Assembly (NCBI GenBank): GCA_951812285.1
Contig: OX638292.1
Coordinates: 1,387,279 to 1,451,278, forward strand
DNA length: 64,000 nucleotides
Source of the DNA: an uncultured Dehalococcoidia bacterium
Lineage (GTDB): Bacteria > Chloroflexota > Dehalococcoidia > Lucifugimonadales > UBA1127
Direction: 5' to 3'
In this document: one piece after another, positions 25,807 to 35,045 of the stretch
Layout: every line of letters begins with the position of its first letter
Position numbering within the stretch: position 1 is the stretch's first letter
The notes under the pieces: generated by a model
Told to the model about the DNA's origin: nothing
Database searches by the model: none
What the model saw: only the letters and a program-made list of their open reading frames with translations
Made by a program: the position numbers and the translations under genes

Positions 25807-28092
25807 ATGACGACGGCAGCGCCTACAGGGCGGGTCATCGGAACGCGGACGCCCAAGGTGGACGGCGTCGAAAAGGTGACGGGGCGAGCGCAGTATGGGG
25901 CCGACGTGCAGCTTTCCGGGCTGCTGGTGGGCCGCATCCTCCCGAGCCCGTTCGCCCATGCGCGCATCGTCAGTATCGACACCTCGGCGGCGGAGGCGTT
26001 GCCGGGCGTGATGGCCGTCGTGACGGGGGCGGACTTCCCGCTGCCGCCGCCGGGGACGGTGACCCCGTGGGGCACGGCGACCGAGCGGAGCTACTTCGTC
26101 GCTCAGGAGGTCATCGCACGCGACAAGGTCCTCTACCACGGGCAGACCGTCGCAGCGGTGGCCGCACGGACGGCCGAGGCGGCGGAACGCGCCCTCGAAC
26201 TCATCAACGTGGAGTACGAAGAGTTGCCGCCCGTGTTCGACGCGGTGGAGGCAATGCGCCCGGACGCGACGGTGCTGCTCAACGACCTGTTCACCAAGTC
26301 GCCGGAGGGGACGGCGACGGAGCCGAGCAACGTCGCGGAGCAGGCGGTGTACGAGCGCGGGGACATCGCGGCGGGGTTCGCCGAGGCGGACGTCGTGGTG
26401 GAGCGGGAGTACAGGACGCAGGTGGTACACCAGGGGTACATCGAGCCCAACGTGGACTCGGCGTACGTGGACGCACAGGGGAACGTGACGGTCTGGGCAA
26501 ACACGCAGGGCATCTTCGGGCAGCGTCGGGACATCGCGATGATCGCGGGCGTGCTGCCCAGCCGCATCAAGGTGATAGCGACGGAGGTCGGCGGCGGCTT
26601 CGGCGGAAAGACCACCGTGCGGTGCAGCGCGCTTGCCGTCGCGCTTTCGCGGAAGGCGGGGCTGCCGGTGCGCGTGGGGCTGAGCCGCGAGGAGGTGCTG
26701 CGCACGGCGGGGCCGGGCAACGCCATCCACTGCCGAGTCAAGCTGGGCGCGAAGTCCGACGGCACGCTGACGGCCATCGAGGGCAGCTTTGTCTACGACG
26801 CGGGCGCCTTCCCGGGTGCGCCGATGCGGTTGTCCATCCGACGCGTGTTTTCGCACTACCGCTCGGCCAACTTCCGTGTCGAGGGATTTGACGTGGTGAC
26901 GAACCACCCCCATGTCCACGCCTACCGCGCGCCGGGGGGGACGCCGGTCGCATTCGCACTGGAGTCGACGATGGACGAACTGGCGCGGGCGCTGGACATG
27001 GACGCCATAGAGGTGCGGCGCATCAACGTATCGCGCGCCGGCGACCCGATGCCCGACAACGTCCCGCTGTCGTCAGTGAGCCTCGACCGGGTGCTGGACG
27101 CCATTCAGGCGCACCCCTGCTGGACGACGCCGCTGGAGGGCGAGAACCGCGGCCGCGGGCTGGCGCTCGGCATGTGGACGGTGCCGGGCGGGACGGCGAG
27201 CTCCCACATCACGCTCGCGAGCGACGGCACCGTAGCGCTGGTGCTGGGGACGGTGGACCTGTCGTCGACGCGCACAAGCCTCGCGATGGTGGCGGCGGAG
27301 ATGCTGGGCGTCGACATGGACGACGTGCGGGTGGTGATGGGGGACACGGACCTGGTGGGGTACTCGGACTCGAGCTCAGGCGACATGGTCACGTACGTTG
27401 CCAGCCGGGCGGTGCGGGAGGCGAGCCTCGACCTGCTGGGGAAGATGAAGGCAACGGCGGCGGCGCACTTCGGCGTCGACGCCGCGGACGTGGACTACGG
27501 GAACAAGCTCTTCTACGTGCGCGGAGCGGGGGAGATGTCCATCGGCTGGGCGGACCTTGCGCAGAAGTCGCCCGTCGCGAGCGGCGGCGCGCTGGTGGGG
27601 TACGGGACCGTGAACACGCCGTCGATGAACCTGGGCGTGCTGGCACCGAACGCGGCCGCGCACGTCGTCGACGTGGAGGTCGACCCAGAGACGGGGAAGG
27701 TGGAGCTGCTGCGGTACACGGCCTTCCAAGACGTTGGGCTCAGCATCAACCCGGGGCAGGTCGAGGGTCAGGTGCAGGGCGGCGTCGCGCAGGGGATCGG
27801 CTGGGCACTGCACGAGGAGTACGACTTCGACGACCGGGGGGTGCTGCGCAACGCGACGCTGCTGGACTATCGCCTGCCGACGTCGCTGGACGTGCCGCCT
27901 ATCGAGACGGTGGTGCTAGAAGAGCCCTCTCCGGAGCACCCGCTGGGGGTCCGCGCGGCGGGGCAGGTGCCCATCGTGCCGCCGGTGGCCGCGATCGCGA
28001 ACGCCATCCGCGACGCGACGGGGGCGCGCATTCGCACGCTACCAATGAAGCCGGAGACGGTGTGGCGCGCGCTGGAGGCGCAGGGCGGGTAG
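25807..28092 (+). CDS. xanthine dehydrogenase/aldehyde oxidase-family molybdopterin-binding large subunit (CoxL-like)
   Basis: ATG 25807 preceded by GGAGGGAG. N-terminus RVIGTRTPKVDGVEKVTGRAQYGADV, and family-typical blocks (GGGFGGK, VDPETG..., EP..LG..GVGE-like). The track ORF from 25594 extends into the repeats. Confidence 0.9.
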   Translation: MTTAAPTGRVIGTRTPKVDGVEKVTGRAQYGADVQLSGLLVGRILPSPFAHARIVSIDTSAAEALPGVMAVVTGADFPLPPPGTVTPWGTATERSYFVAQEVIARDKVLYHGQTVAAVAARTAEAAERALELINVEYEELPPVFDAVEAMRPDATVLLNDLFTKSPEGTATEPSNVAEQAVYERGDIAAGFAEADVVVEREYRTQVVHQGYIEPNVDSAYVDAQGNVTVWANTQGIFGQRRDIAMIAGVLPSRIKVIATEVGGGFGGKTTVRCSALAVALSRKAGLPVRVGLSREEVLRTAGPGNAIHCRVKLGAKSDGTLTAIEGSFVYDAGAFPGAPMRLSIRRVFSHYRSANFRVEGFDVVTNHPHVHAYRAPGGTPVAFALESTMDELARALDMDAIEVRRINVSRAGDPMPDNVPLSSVSLDRVLDAIQAHPCWTTPLEGENRGRGLALGMWTVPGGTASSHITLASDGTVALVLGTVDLSSTRTSLAMVAAEMLGVDMDDVRVVMGDTDLVGYSDSSSGDMVTYVASRAVREASLDLLGKMKATAAAHFGVDAADVDYGNKLFYVRGAGEMSIGWADLAQKSPVASGGALVGYGTVNTPSMNLGVLAPNAAAHVVDVEVDPETGKVELLRYTAFQDVGLSINPGQVEGQVQGGVAQGIGWALHEEYDFDDRGVLRNATLLDYRLPTSLDVPPIETVVLEEPSPEHPLGVRAAGQVPIVPPVAAIANAIRDATGARIRTLPMKPETVWRALEAQGG

Positions 28093-28094
28093 GG

Positions 28095-28345
28095 GAGAGA
28101 CTCCCCCATCCCAGCCCCGTATCGAGTACGGAACTGGCTCTTTCCCCTGAGGGGGAAGGGGTTGCCTCGCAGGTTGTCAGGGTTGCGGGCTGCGCGGGAG
28201 CGACGGTCAGGGCGCGGGGGTTGAGACGGCCCCTCGCTTCCGCCCCTGCCCTGGGTTCCCGCTTTCGCGGGAACGACGGGGGGCAGGCGACGCTCCGTTT
28301 GTCGGGGTTCCTGCCTCCGCAGGAACGACGGCGGGGGGCGGGGGC
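28095..28345. repeat. REP-like hairpin repeat cluster, including a fifth copy of the 60-nt unit
   Basis: CCGTATCGAGTACGG hairpin, CCCCTGAGGGGGAAGGGG, the 60-nt unit at about 28221-28282, then GTTCCTGCctccGCAGGAAC. Confidence 0.75.
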
Positions 28346-28346
28346 G

Positions 28347-29495
28347 CTAGCGGTCCCAGAGGACGGCGGACGCGCGCCTTGCTCCCTCGACCATTGAGCG
28401 GAACTTGCCCCAGACGATGTCGGGGTGCAGGCGGCCGCCTAGGCCGCAGTCCGTGCCCGCCACGACGTTCTCTCGGCCTACGAGGTTGGCCAGCCGCTCT
28501 ATGCGGTCCGCGATGAGCTCCGGGTGCTCGACGACGTCGTTCGTGTGCGCGACGACGCCGGGGATGAGGACCTTGCCGTCGGGGAGCTTCACGTCGCGCC
28601 AGAGCTTCCACTCGTGCTCGTGGCGGGGGTTCTGGTCGTAGGAGATGCCGGAGCAGCGGACCTGGAGCAGCAGGTCGACGAACTCGTTGAGGTTGATGTC
28701 CTCCGAGTGCGGGCCGCGCATGCCGCCGTAGCAGATGTGGAGGCGGATCTGCTCCTCCGGGATGTCCTGCAGGGTGTGGTTCAGCAGCTCCACCAGCTTC
28801 CCGAAGCGCATGCGGAAGTCCGGCAGCTCCATGCCGAGGGCGTTGAACTTCATCACGGGCGTGTCCACCTGCAGCACGAAGCCGGCGTCGGCGATGGCCT
28901 TGTACTCCTCACGCATGGCCTCGGCGCAGGCGCGGATGTACTCCTCCTCCGTGGCGTAGTACTCGTTCTGCTCGGGCTGATAGCCGACGTTGTCGGGGCC
29001 GACGGAGGCCATGAAGGCTTCCGCGACGCTGACGCCGCTGAGGGCAGCCTGGAGGTTATCAACGTCCGACTGAATCTCGGCCTGCCCGGTGTATGTGATG
29101 GGCGCAGAGCAGACCATCTGCCTGGCTGCGACAGGGCGGGCGCGGCTCCTCGCCTGATCCGCGAAGTAGCCTTCGTAGTCGCCCTTGACGCGCTCGGTGC
29201 CGCGCTCCATGTTGCCGGCGCCGGGAGGGACGTCGCGGAACTCGAAGCCGCCGAGGCGGTCGCGGATGTAGCCGGACCAGCCGGTCTTGTACTGCTCGCC
29301 GTCATTGACGATGTCGAGGCCCACCTCGGCCTGCCGGCGGACGATGCCGGCGACAGCGTCCTTCACGAGGGCCGCGAATGCCGCCTCGTCGTAGGGTTCC
29401 TGCGCCTGCTTGGCATCGAGCATCGCGCGAAGCTCGGGTGGGCGAGGCATGCTGCCGACGTGGGTGGTCAGGATGCGGTCGGTGCTGTGTTGCAT
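28347..29495 (-). CDS. MetE-like (cobalamin-independent methionine synthase catalytic-domain family) protein
   Basis: 382 aa. N-terminus ILTTHVGSMPRPPEL and C-terminal CGLGG-type Zn-ligand region typical of stand-alone MetE C-terminal-domain homologs. Confidence 0.75.
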   Translation of the reverse strand: MQHSTDRILTTHVGSMPRPPELRAMLDAKQAQEPYDEAAFAALVKDAVAGIVRRQAEVGLDIVNDGEQYKTGWSGYIRDRLGGFEFRDVPPGAGNMERGTERVKGDYEGYFADQARSRARPVAARQMVCSAPITYTGQAEIQSDVDNLQAALSGVSVAEAFMASVGPDNVGYQPEQNEYYATEEEYIRACAEAMREEYKAIADAGFVLQVDTPVMKFNALGMELPDFRMRFGKLVELLNHTLQDIPEEQIRLHICYGGMRGPHSEDINLNEFVDLLLQVRCSGISYDQNPRHEHEWKLWRDVKLPDGKVLIPGVVAHTNDVVEHPELIADRIERLANLVGRENVVAGTDCGLGGRLHPDIVWGKFRSMVEGARRASAVLWDR

Positions 29496-29525
29496 TGGGC
29501 ACTCCTTCGCGGTATTCCGCCTGTT

Positions 29526-30503
29526 CTACGTATCCAGCGTGCTCGCGGCCATCCAGTCCTCAAGCGAGAGACGCTGTTTGGTGAGACCCTGCTCGACGTT
29601 GTAGGTCAAGTACGTATCCAGGGCGCCCATGTCGTCCTTCACGCCGTAGGGCCACGGGTCGCCCCACACCTTCTCCTGCTCGACCCAGGCCTCGCGCTGG
29701 TACATGAGGGAGAAGCCATGGCGATCGTTGACGGCGTCGATGTAGGCGAGGCGCTTGGCCTCGACGAAGGCGTCGAAAACGCGGCGGGCGAGCTCGGGGT
29801 CCTCGCGGTCGAGCTTGCGGCTCATCACCATCTGGTGCATGGGCGTGTGGATGCCCGCCTCCTTCCACAGCGCGATGTCCTCGTCCTGGTAGTTGGGGAA
29901 GACGCGCTTCACCTGCGGGCTCGACTCCAGCATCTCGAAAGCGGGGCCGTCGGAGATGTCCGTGATGATTGCGTCGACTTCGCCGGACATGAGGCGGTCG
30001 AGGGGGCCAACGGGACCGGCGCCGTCAGTGACCTCGTTGGAGGGCATGATGGTGGGCTGGTCCACGTGCAGGGGGAAGACGCGCCGGTTATTGGTGACCA
30101 TCCAATGGAGCTTGGTGATGTCGACGCCGTGGCGGTGCTGCAGGAGGCCGGCCGTCCACACGGTGATCGACGTGGGATACGAGCCGGAGCCGATACGCTT
30201 GCCCTCGAGGTCCTTGGGGGTCTCGATGCCGGCGTCTGCGCGGGCGAAGATGAAGGTGTAGACGGGCTTGCGCTTGATCATGAGGGGCAGCCCGACGATC
30301 TCCCATCCGGCCTCGATGGCGGGCAGGACGTAGCCGAGGTTCAGGTCCCAGAGGCCGAAGTCGCCGGACTGCAGGGCTGGGACTTCGTTGAAAACCATCG
30401 CGCCCGTGGGCGTCGGCACGAGGTCGACGCCGGGGACCTGGACGCGGCCGTCGAGCAGGGGCATGGTGATGTCGTAGCGCATGGTGGAGATGGGAAGCTG
30501 CAT
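29526..30503 (-). CDS. 4,5-dihydroxyphthalate decarboxylase-like (PhtD / NMT1-type periplasmic-binding-protein fold) protein
   Basis: 325 aa with no signal peptide. YDITMPLLDGRVQVPGVDL...DLEGKRIGSGSYPTSITVWTAGLLQHRHGV resembles my recollection of PhtD-type decarboxylases. Confidence 0.6.
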   Translation of the reverse strand: MQLPISTMRYDITMPLLDGRVQVPGVDLVPTPTGAMVFNEVPALQSGDFGLWDLNLGYVLPAIEAGWEIVGLPLMIKRKPVYTFIFARADAGIETPKDLEGKRIGSGSYPTSITVWTAGLLQHRHGVDITKLHWMVTNNRRVFPLHVDQPTIMPSNEVTDGAGPVGPLDRLMSGEVDAIITDISDGPAFEMLESSPQVKRVFPNYQDEDIALWKEAGIHTPMHQMVMSRKLDREDPELARRVFDAFVEAKRLAYIDAVNDRHGFSLMYQREAWVEQEKVWGDPWPYGVKDDMGALDTYLTYNVEQGLTKQRLSLEDWMAASTLDT

Positions 30504-30546
30504 GGTTCACCTCCGTTTTGGCGTCTGAATGGGCGGGGAAACCCGG

Positions 30547-31173
30547 CTAGGCAGGCCGAATCTTGACTGTGCCGTCCCACTCGCTGAGGGGGGCGCAGTG
30601 CCACCACCAGTTGGGCGCCTGGCGCTCCTTTGCGCCGAGGGACTGGCGGCCTGTGGCGTAGAGCAGGGCCTCCCACGGGTCGCCCTCGTCCTCGACCCAC
30701 GGGAAGAGCCGCGCGAGCGCCTTCGCGACGATGTCGGGCGGCGGCGTGAACTCGAGGCCCAAGCCCTCGGCGATGTCGGATGCGTGGACGAGGGTCTCGG
30801 TGCAGGCCATGGCGGCGAAACCGTGGCGGTCGGCGAGGCCGGCGGGGTGGAAGCCGCGCGCGTCCTCGGGCATCGAACGGAGGACGGCAGCGAGGACGTT
30901 GGCGAGGGCGCGGTGCACGGTCACGAGCTCGGCGATGGACTGGTCGGGGTTGTTTGTGCGCGCGCCGGGGAGTCGACTTCGCGTCTGGTTGGCGGCGTTA
31001 GACGCGAGGAAGATCTGGACGGTGGTGACGTGCTCCAGCGTCTGGCGGCAGTCCCAGTCGAGCTCTCCGGCGATCGCGGACCAGTCGAGGTCGGCGAGGG
31101 TGGCGAAGAGCTGGTAGGCGGACTCAGCGGCGGCGACGACGTCGTCCGGGCCGGGTTCGTGCAGGTCATCCAT
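30547..31173 (-). CDS. DinB/MDMPI-like (maleylpyruvate isomerase N-terminal domain-like) protein, paralog 1
   Basis: 208 aa. WDCRQTLEHV...HPAGLADRHGFAAMACTETLVHASD pattern. Same length as 31973..32599 and highly similar to it. Confidence 0.6.
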   Translation of the reverse strand: MDDLHEPGPDDVVAAAESAYQLFATLADLDWSAIAGELDWDCRQTLEHVTTVQIFLASNAANQTRSRLPGARTNNPDQSIAELVTVHRALANVLAAVLRSMPEDARGFHPAGLADRHGFAAMACTETLVHASDIAEGLGLEFTPPPDIVAKALARLFPWVEDEGDPWEALLYATGRQSLGAKERQAPNWWWHCAPLSEWDGTVKIRPA

Positions 31174-31262
31174 GGTGCAGGCGCTCCTTCTCGGTTGAGG
31201 GTGGGGCGTATGGTATCACGGGGGTGTGGGGGCGCAAGGGGCGCGCCCGTGACGGGGCGCCG

Positions 31263-31773
31263 TTAAGGCTGACTCGCCGTATCCAAGCCGAAGACCGTTT
31301 TGAGGTGGCGTTCGTAGTCGAACGGGTGGCTGCGGATGAGCCGAAAGCCCGGCACGCTCTGCAAGGCAATGTCGATGCCGATGCGCGTCAGGGCGTCGCC
31401 AACTGTTAGGCAGGCGACCTGCGGCCCCTTCTGCATGTCAGCGCTGTCGGTGGTCAGGACTGGGTCCTCGGTGTCCCAAAACCTGCGCCGAAACTCCTGC
31501 CACAAGACCTCGTTGAGCCAAGGATCCCGGCAGGGGGGCGGCAGTGGAGCGCGGGGGCGGAAAGGCAACATACACCGGGTAGGAGGGCCTGACGCTCTCG
31601 TCAATCCCCCTGCCGGGGTTGATGTACCGAATCCAGGAAATGCAGACCCTTCGACGGCCGCGTCGCGTAGATCGATAGGCTCTGAAACCGGCGTGGCCGT
31701 TGATGAACCGGATGAGTTCGGACGGTGTCGTTGCGGCAGTGACCACGAAGGCATGGCCGTGCTCATCGTGCAT
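31263..31773 (-). pseudogene. frameshifted gene of unknown function between the two DinB/MDMPI-like paralogs
   Basis: Coding-like sequence switches frame. MHDEHGHAFVVTAATTPSELIRFINGHAGF...YPVYVAFPPP is in the frame of ORF 31438..31956. It continues as PPPCRDPWLNEVLWQEFRRRFWDTEDPVLTTD...FDYERHLKTVFGL in the frame of ORF 31263..31766. The junction lies near the C6/C5 homopolymers at about 31533-31557. Confidence 0.45.
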
Positions 31774-31972
31774 GCGCCGCCGCTCGAATCTATCTGTCAC
31801 CGCATCCGCCAGTCGCCCGGAATGCCGATATGGCAGCGCGCAAGCGCTCCTCCATCCTGGCCTTCCCCCGCAAGCTGGGTAAGAGGCGTTGCTATTACCC
31901 TCGCTGATGTGCAGGCTCGGCTGGGCGTATGGTATCACGGGGGTGTGGGCGCGCAAGGGGCGGGACGCCTGC

Positions 31973-32599
31973 TCAGCCAGCCCGGACCCTCTCCGTGCCG
32001 TCCCACTCGCTTAGGGGGGCGCATTGCCACGACCAGTTGGGGGCTCGCCGCTCGTTGCCGCCCAAGCCGCGGCGTCCAGCAGCGTAGAGGAGGGTCTGCC
32101 ACGGGTCGCCCTCGTCGTTCACCCACGGGAAGAGGCGGGCGAGCGTCCGGGCTGGGACGCCCGGCGGCGGGGTGAAGTCGACACCGAGGCCCTGGGCGAT
32201 GTCGTGGGTGTGTACGAGGGTCTCGGTGCAGGCCATGGCAGCGAAGCCGTAGCGGTCGGCGAGGCCGGCGGGGTGCCAGCCTCGGGCGTCCTCGGGCATG
32301 GAGCGGATGACCTCCGCGAGGACAACGGCGAGCGCGCGGTGGACCTCCACCAGCTCGGCGACGGGCTGGTCAGGGTTGGGGGTGCGGGCGGCCGGCAGGC
32401 GGCGCTGCGTCGGGTTGGCGGCGTGGGTCGCGTAGAAGAGCTGCACTCCGGCGACGTGGTCCAGGGTCGTGCGACAGTCCCACTCGAGGTCGCCGGCGAT
32501 GACGGACCAGTCGCGGCCGACGAGGGGGGCGAGGAGTGCGTGGGCGGCCTCGGCGGCGGCGAGGACGTCGTTGGGGCCCGGTTCGCGCAGGTCTTCCAT
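31973..32599 (-). CDS. DinB/MDMPI-like protein, paralog 2
   Basis: 208 aa, collinear with 30547..31173 (MEDLREPGPNDVLAAAEAAH... versus MDDLHEPGPDDVVAAAESAY...). Confidence 0.6.
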   Translation of the reverse strand: MEDLREPGPNDVLAAAEAAHALLAPLVGRDWSVIAGDLEWDCRTTLDHVAGVQLFYATHAANPTQRRLPAARTPNPDQPVAELVEVHRALAVVLAEVIRSMPEDARGWHPAGLADRYGFAAMACTETLVHTHDIAQGLGVDFTPPPGVPARTLARLFPWVNDEGDPWQTLLYAAGRRGLGGNERRAPNWSWQCAPLSEWDGTERVRAG

Positions 32600-32757
32600 G
32601 CGTGGCGCTCCTTCGGGGGCGTGGAGGTCGGGGGTATGGTAGCACGGGCAAGGGCGGAGGCGACCGAGACTGGGCGACCACGAGGGTCGCCCCTACAGTC
32701 GCAGTCGAGCTCCGGCAGGCTGAGGCCAGCGAGTGTCCAGGTTTGGGCCGCTCGTCG

Positions 32758-32786
32758 TTGACTGGTCACGGGCATGACTTTACGCT
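32758..32786 (+). promoter_or_regulatory. sigma70-type promoter upstream of the DUF4286-like/SnoaL/MetE-like genes
   Basis: TTGACT (32758-32763), a 17-nt spacer, then TACGCT (32781-32786), 30 nt before the ATG at 32817. Confidence 0.45.
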
Positions 32787-32816
32787 TGCAGGACACACTG
32801 AAACGGGAGTCGTTCT

Positions 32817-33146
32817 ATGACGCGCGCGGTCTATCAGGTGCGGCTTGTTGTGAAGCCGGAATACGAGGAAGAGTTCAATGCTTGGTACGAGGGGTGGTAC
32901 ATCCCCAAGCTGATGGCTGAGGTGCCTCACTTCTACTCATGCCGCCGGTATGTTGGGGAGTTTAACGGCGAGAACATTTACATAACCGACTATGAGACGA
33001 CCGTCGAGGACATGGAGACGGCGATTGCGGAGATGCGGGTGCCGGAGCGCGCGCCGGTGAACGCGATGTTCTACGAGTGGCGCGACAAGGCGATAACGCT
33101 GCACGAGTCAATCCGCTTTGCGGAGCGCGTCTCGGTGGAGCGCTAG
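32817..33146 (+). CDS. small alpha+beta (EthD/DUF4286-like) protein
   Basis: 109 aa. VYQVRLVVKPEYEEEFNAWYEGWYIPKLMAEVPHF resembles DUF4286/EthD-type dimeric alpha-beta barrel proteins. RBS GGGAG. Confidence 0.5.
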   Translation: MTRAVYQVRLVVKPEYEEEFNAWYEGWYIPKLMAEVPHFYSCRRYVGEFNGENIYITDYETTVEDMETAIAEMRVPERAPVNAMFYEWRDKAITLHESIRFAERVSVER

Positions 33147-33147
33147 C

Positions 33148-33687
33148 ATGGCGTCGATCGAGGAACGGGTGCAGCGACTCGAGGACCGTGAGGCGATCAG
33201 GGATCTCGTGGCGGCGTACTGCCGGGCCATCGACGACCGGGACCTGGAGGGGTTCGTCGCGCTGTACACGGAGAACTGCGTACACGGGCAGAGGGACGGC
33301 TCGCTGCACCTGGAGGGCAGGGCGGCGCTGCGGGAGCACTATGCGGGGCGGTTCCTTCAGTACGGTTTCACGTTGCACACGCCACATGCGCATGTCATCG
33401 AGTTTGACGGGCCGAACGAGGCCCACGGCTGGGTGAGCGGCCACGCGGAGATGGGACTGGAGGGCGAGGGCTGGCTGGCGGCCTTCCGGTACACGGACGC
33501 ATACCGTCGCGAGGACGGGGTGTGGCGCTTCGCGCAGCGGGAACTGGCGACGTACTACTACCTTCGGATGGCGGACCTCGCCGACGGGCTGGGGCAGACG
33601 ATGCGCAAGCACCGCCAGGGGAGGCTGATGGCGGCGGACCTGCCGGAGGGGCTGGAGACGTACAAGGCGCTGCACGGCCTGGGGTAG
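33148..33687 (+). CDS. SnoaL-like / NTF2-fold protein
   Basis: MASIEERVQRLEDREAIRDLVAAYCRAIDDRDLEGFVALYTENC is the classic SnoaL_4/NTF2-like opening. The ATG lies 1 nt after the upstream stop. Confidence 0.75.
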   Translation: MASIEERVQRLEDREAIRDLVAAYCRAIDDRDLEGFVALYTENCVHGQRDGSLHLEGRAALREHYAGRFLQYGFTLHTPHAHVIEFDGPNEAHGWVSGHAEMGLEGEGWLAAFRYTDAYRREDGVWRFAQRELATYYYLRMADLADGLGQTMRKHRQGRLMAADLPEGLETYKALHGLG

Positions 33688-33798
33688 GTGGGACAGGCTC
33701 CCCGTCCGCATTCCGGTGTGTCATAATGGTGCTTCCAACGTCGTCGGCCGCAAATGGCCTATGTAGACGGCATTGCAATACTGAGGGAGAGGGTAGGC

Positions 33799-34956
33799 AT
33801 GGCTACACAGTTTCGGGCGGACCATGTGGGGAGTTTTCTGCGGCCCGCGGAGGTTAAGGAGGCGAGGGACGCTTACCGGGCCGGGAGCATCTCTGAGGAG
33901 GCGCTTCGCGAGGTGGAGAACGAGCACATTCTTCGCGTTATCGAGCTGCAGAAGCAGTCTGGCATTGGCATTTACACGGACGGCGAGCTGCGTCGCAGCG
34001 GGTGGGCCGGGGGGTTCGGCGAGTCGGTGGAGGGCTACATCGAGGGCGACCCGGCGGTCAGCATGCCGTTTCAGGGCGGCCGCAGCGACTGGAGCGTCAC
34101 GGCAACGGGGATCACGCCGGACAACCCGATCGGAGTGCCGGGCGGCGGCGGAGGCGGGCGCGTCATCGGGGAGAAGCTCCGTCTGGTGAGGCGACTGACT
34201 GGGCACGAGTCGGCGTTCATCAAGGCGAATGCGCCGGGACCGTACAAGGTGACGATGCCTGCGGCGAGTTACGTGACAGCGCGGGGCTACAAGCCCGGCG
34301 TGACAGACAAGGTGTACGAGTCTCGGGCGGCTGTGCTGGCCGATGCAGCCGACATCATTCGCGACGAGGTCGCGGCCCTGATTGCGGAGGGGTGCCCGTA
34401 CGTGCAGATCGACAACCCGCACTACCCGGACTACATTCCGGACGAGAGGCGGGCGCAGTGGGCGGCGTTGGGTGTCGACCAGGACCAGGCGTTGAGCGAC
34501 GACATCGATGCGGACAATGCGAGCGTCAGCGGCATTGACCGGAGCAACACCATCGTGGCGATGCACCTGTGCCGCGGCAACGGGGCGTTCGGGGCGTACC
34601 ACACGTCGGGCGGGTACGACCGCATCGCGGAGCAGCTCTTCACGCGGCTGGAGGTTGACGCGTGGCTGCTGGAGTACGACAGCGAGCGCGCCGGCGGGTT
34701 TGAGCCGCTGCGGTTCATGCCCAAGGGCAAGACGGTTGTGCTGGGGCTGGTGACGACCAAGGCCGGGGAACTGGAGTCGCCGGACCTGCTGCTGCAGCGC
34801 ATCGAGGAGGCGACCAAGTACGTGGACATGGACGACCTGGCGCTGAGCCCGCAGTGCGGCTTCTCGTCAACGCTGCAGGGGAACCCGCTGGCGTGGGAAG
34901 ACCAGCTCCGGAAGCTGGAGCTGGTGGTGGAGACGGCCCGACGCGCGTGGGGGTAG
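33799..34956 (+). CDS. MetE-like (cobalamin-independent methionine synthase catalytic-domain family) protein, second copy
   Basis: ATG 33799 preceded by GAGGGAGAGGG. FRADHVGSFLRPAEVKEARDAY... and C-terminal LALSPQCGFSS Zn-ligand region. Confidence 0.78.
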   Translation: MATQFRADHVGSFLRPAEVKEARDAYRAGSISEEALREVENEHILRVIELQKQSGIGIYTDGELRRSGWAGGFGESVEGYIEGDPAVSMPFQGGRSDWSVTATGITPDNPIGVPGGGGGGRVIGEKLRLVRRLTGHESAFIKANAPGPYKVTMPAASYVTARGYKPGVTDKVYESRAAVLADAADIIRDEVAALIAEGCPYVQIDNPHYPDYIPDERRAQWAALGVDQDQALSDDIDADNASVSGIDRSNTIVAMHLCRGNGAFGAYHTSGGYDRIAEQLFTRLEVDAWLLEYDSERAGGFEPLRFMPKGKTVVLGLVTTKAGELESPDLLLQRIEEATKYVDMDDLALSPQCGFSSTLQGNPLAWEDQLRKLELVVETARRAWG

Positions 34957-34982
34957 GTCTCCGAGCGAGTCCCTGAAAATTG

Positions 34983-35026
34983 AGCGCCCCGGTCGCTGTT
35001 CAAGAGTGACCGGGGCGCTTCTATTG
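34983..35026. terminator. bidirectional hairpin terminator between convergent genes
   Basis: AGCGCCCCGGTC (34983-34994) pairs with GACCGGGGCGCT (35008-35019), followed by TCTATTG. Confidence 0.55.
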
Positions 35027-35045
35027 TGCGCGGCGGACGCGACGG

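Noticed and set aside
28524-30566. 680-aa plus-strand ORF, plus other very long ORFs such as 23994..25376(-), 25696..26919(-), 52481..53818(-), 60990..62237(-), 45702..46904(+) and 44559..45596(+)
   Set aside because: These are antisense or off-frame shadows of well-supported genes in GC-rich DNA. Their products are Arg/Gly/Ala/Pro/His-rich with no recognisable motifs, while the opposite or alternative frame carries clear family signatures.
31263-31956. Programmed ribosomal frameshift in the gene between the DinB/MDMPI-like paralogs
   Set aside because: No slippery heptamer or downstream structure is evident. A further frame break appears likely near the 5' end (the MEERLRAAISAFR fragment at about 31800-31860). 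Decay into a pseudogene or a homopolymer sequencing error is more parsimonious.
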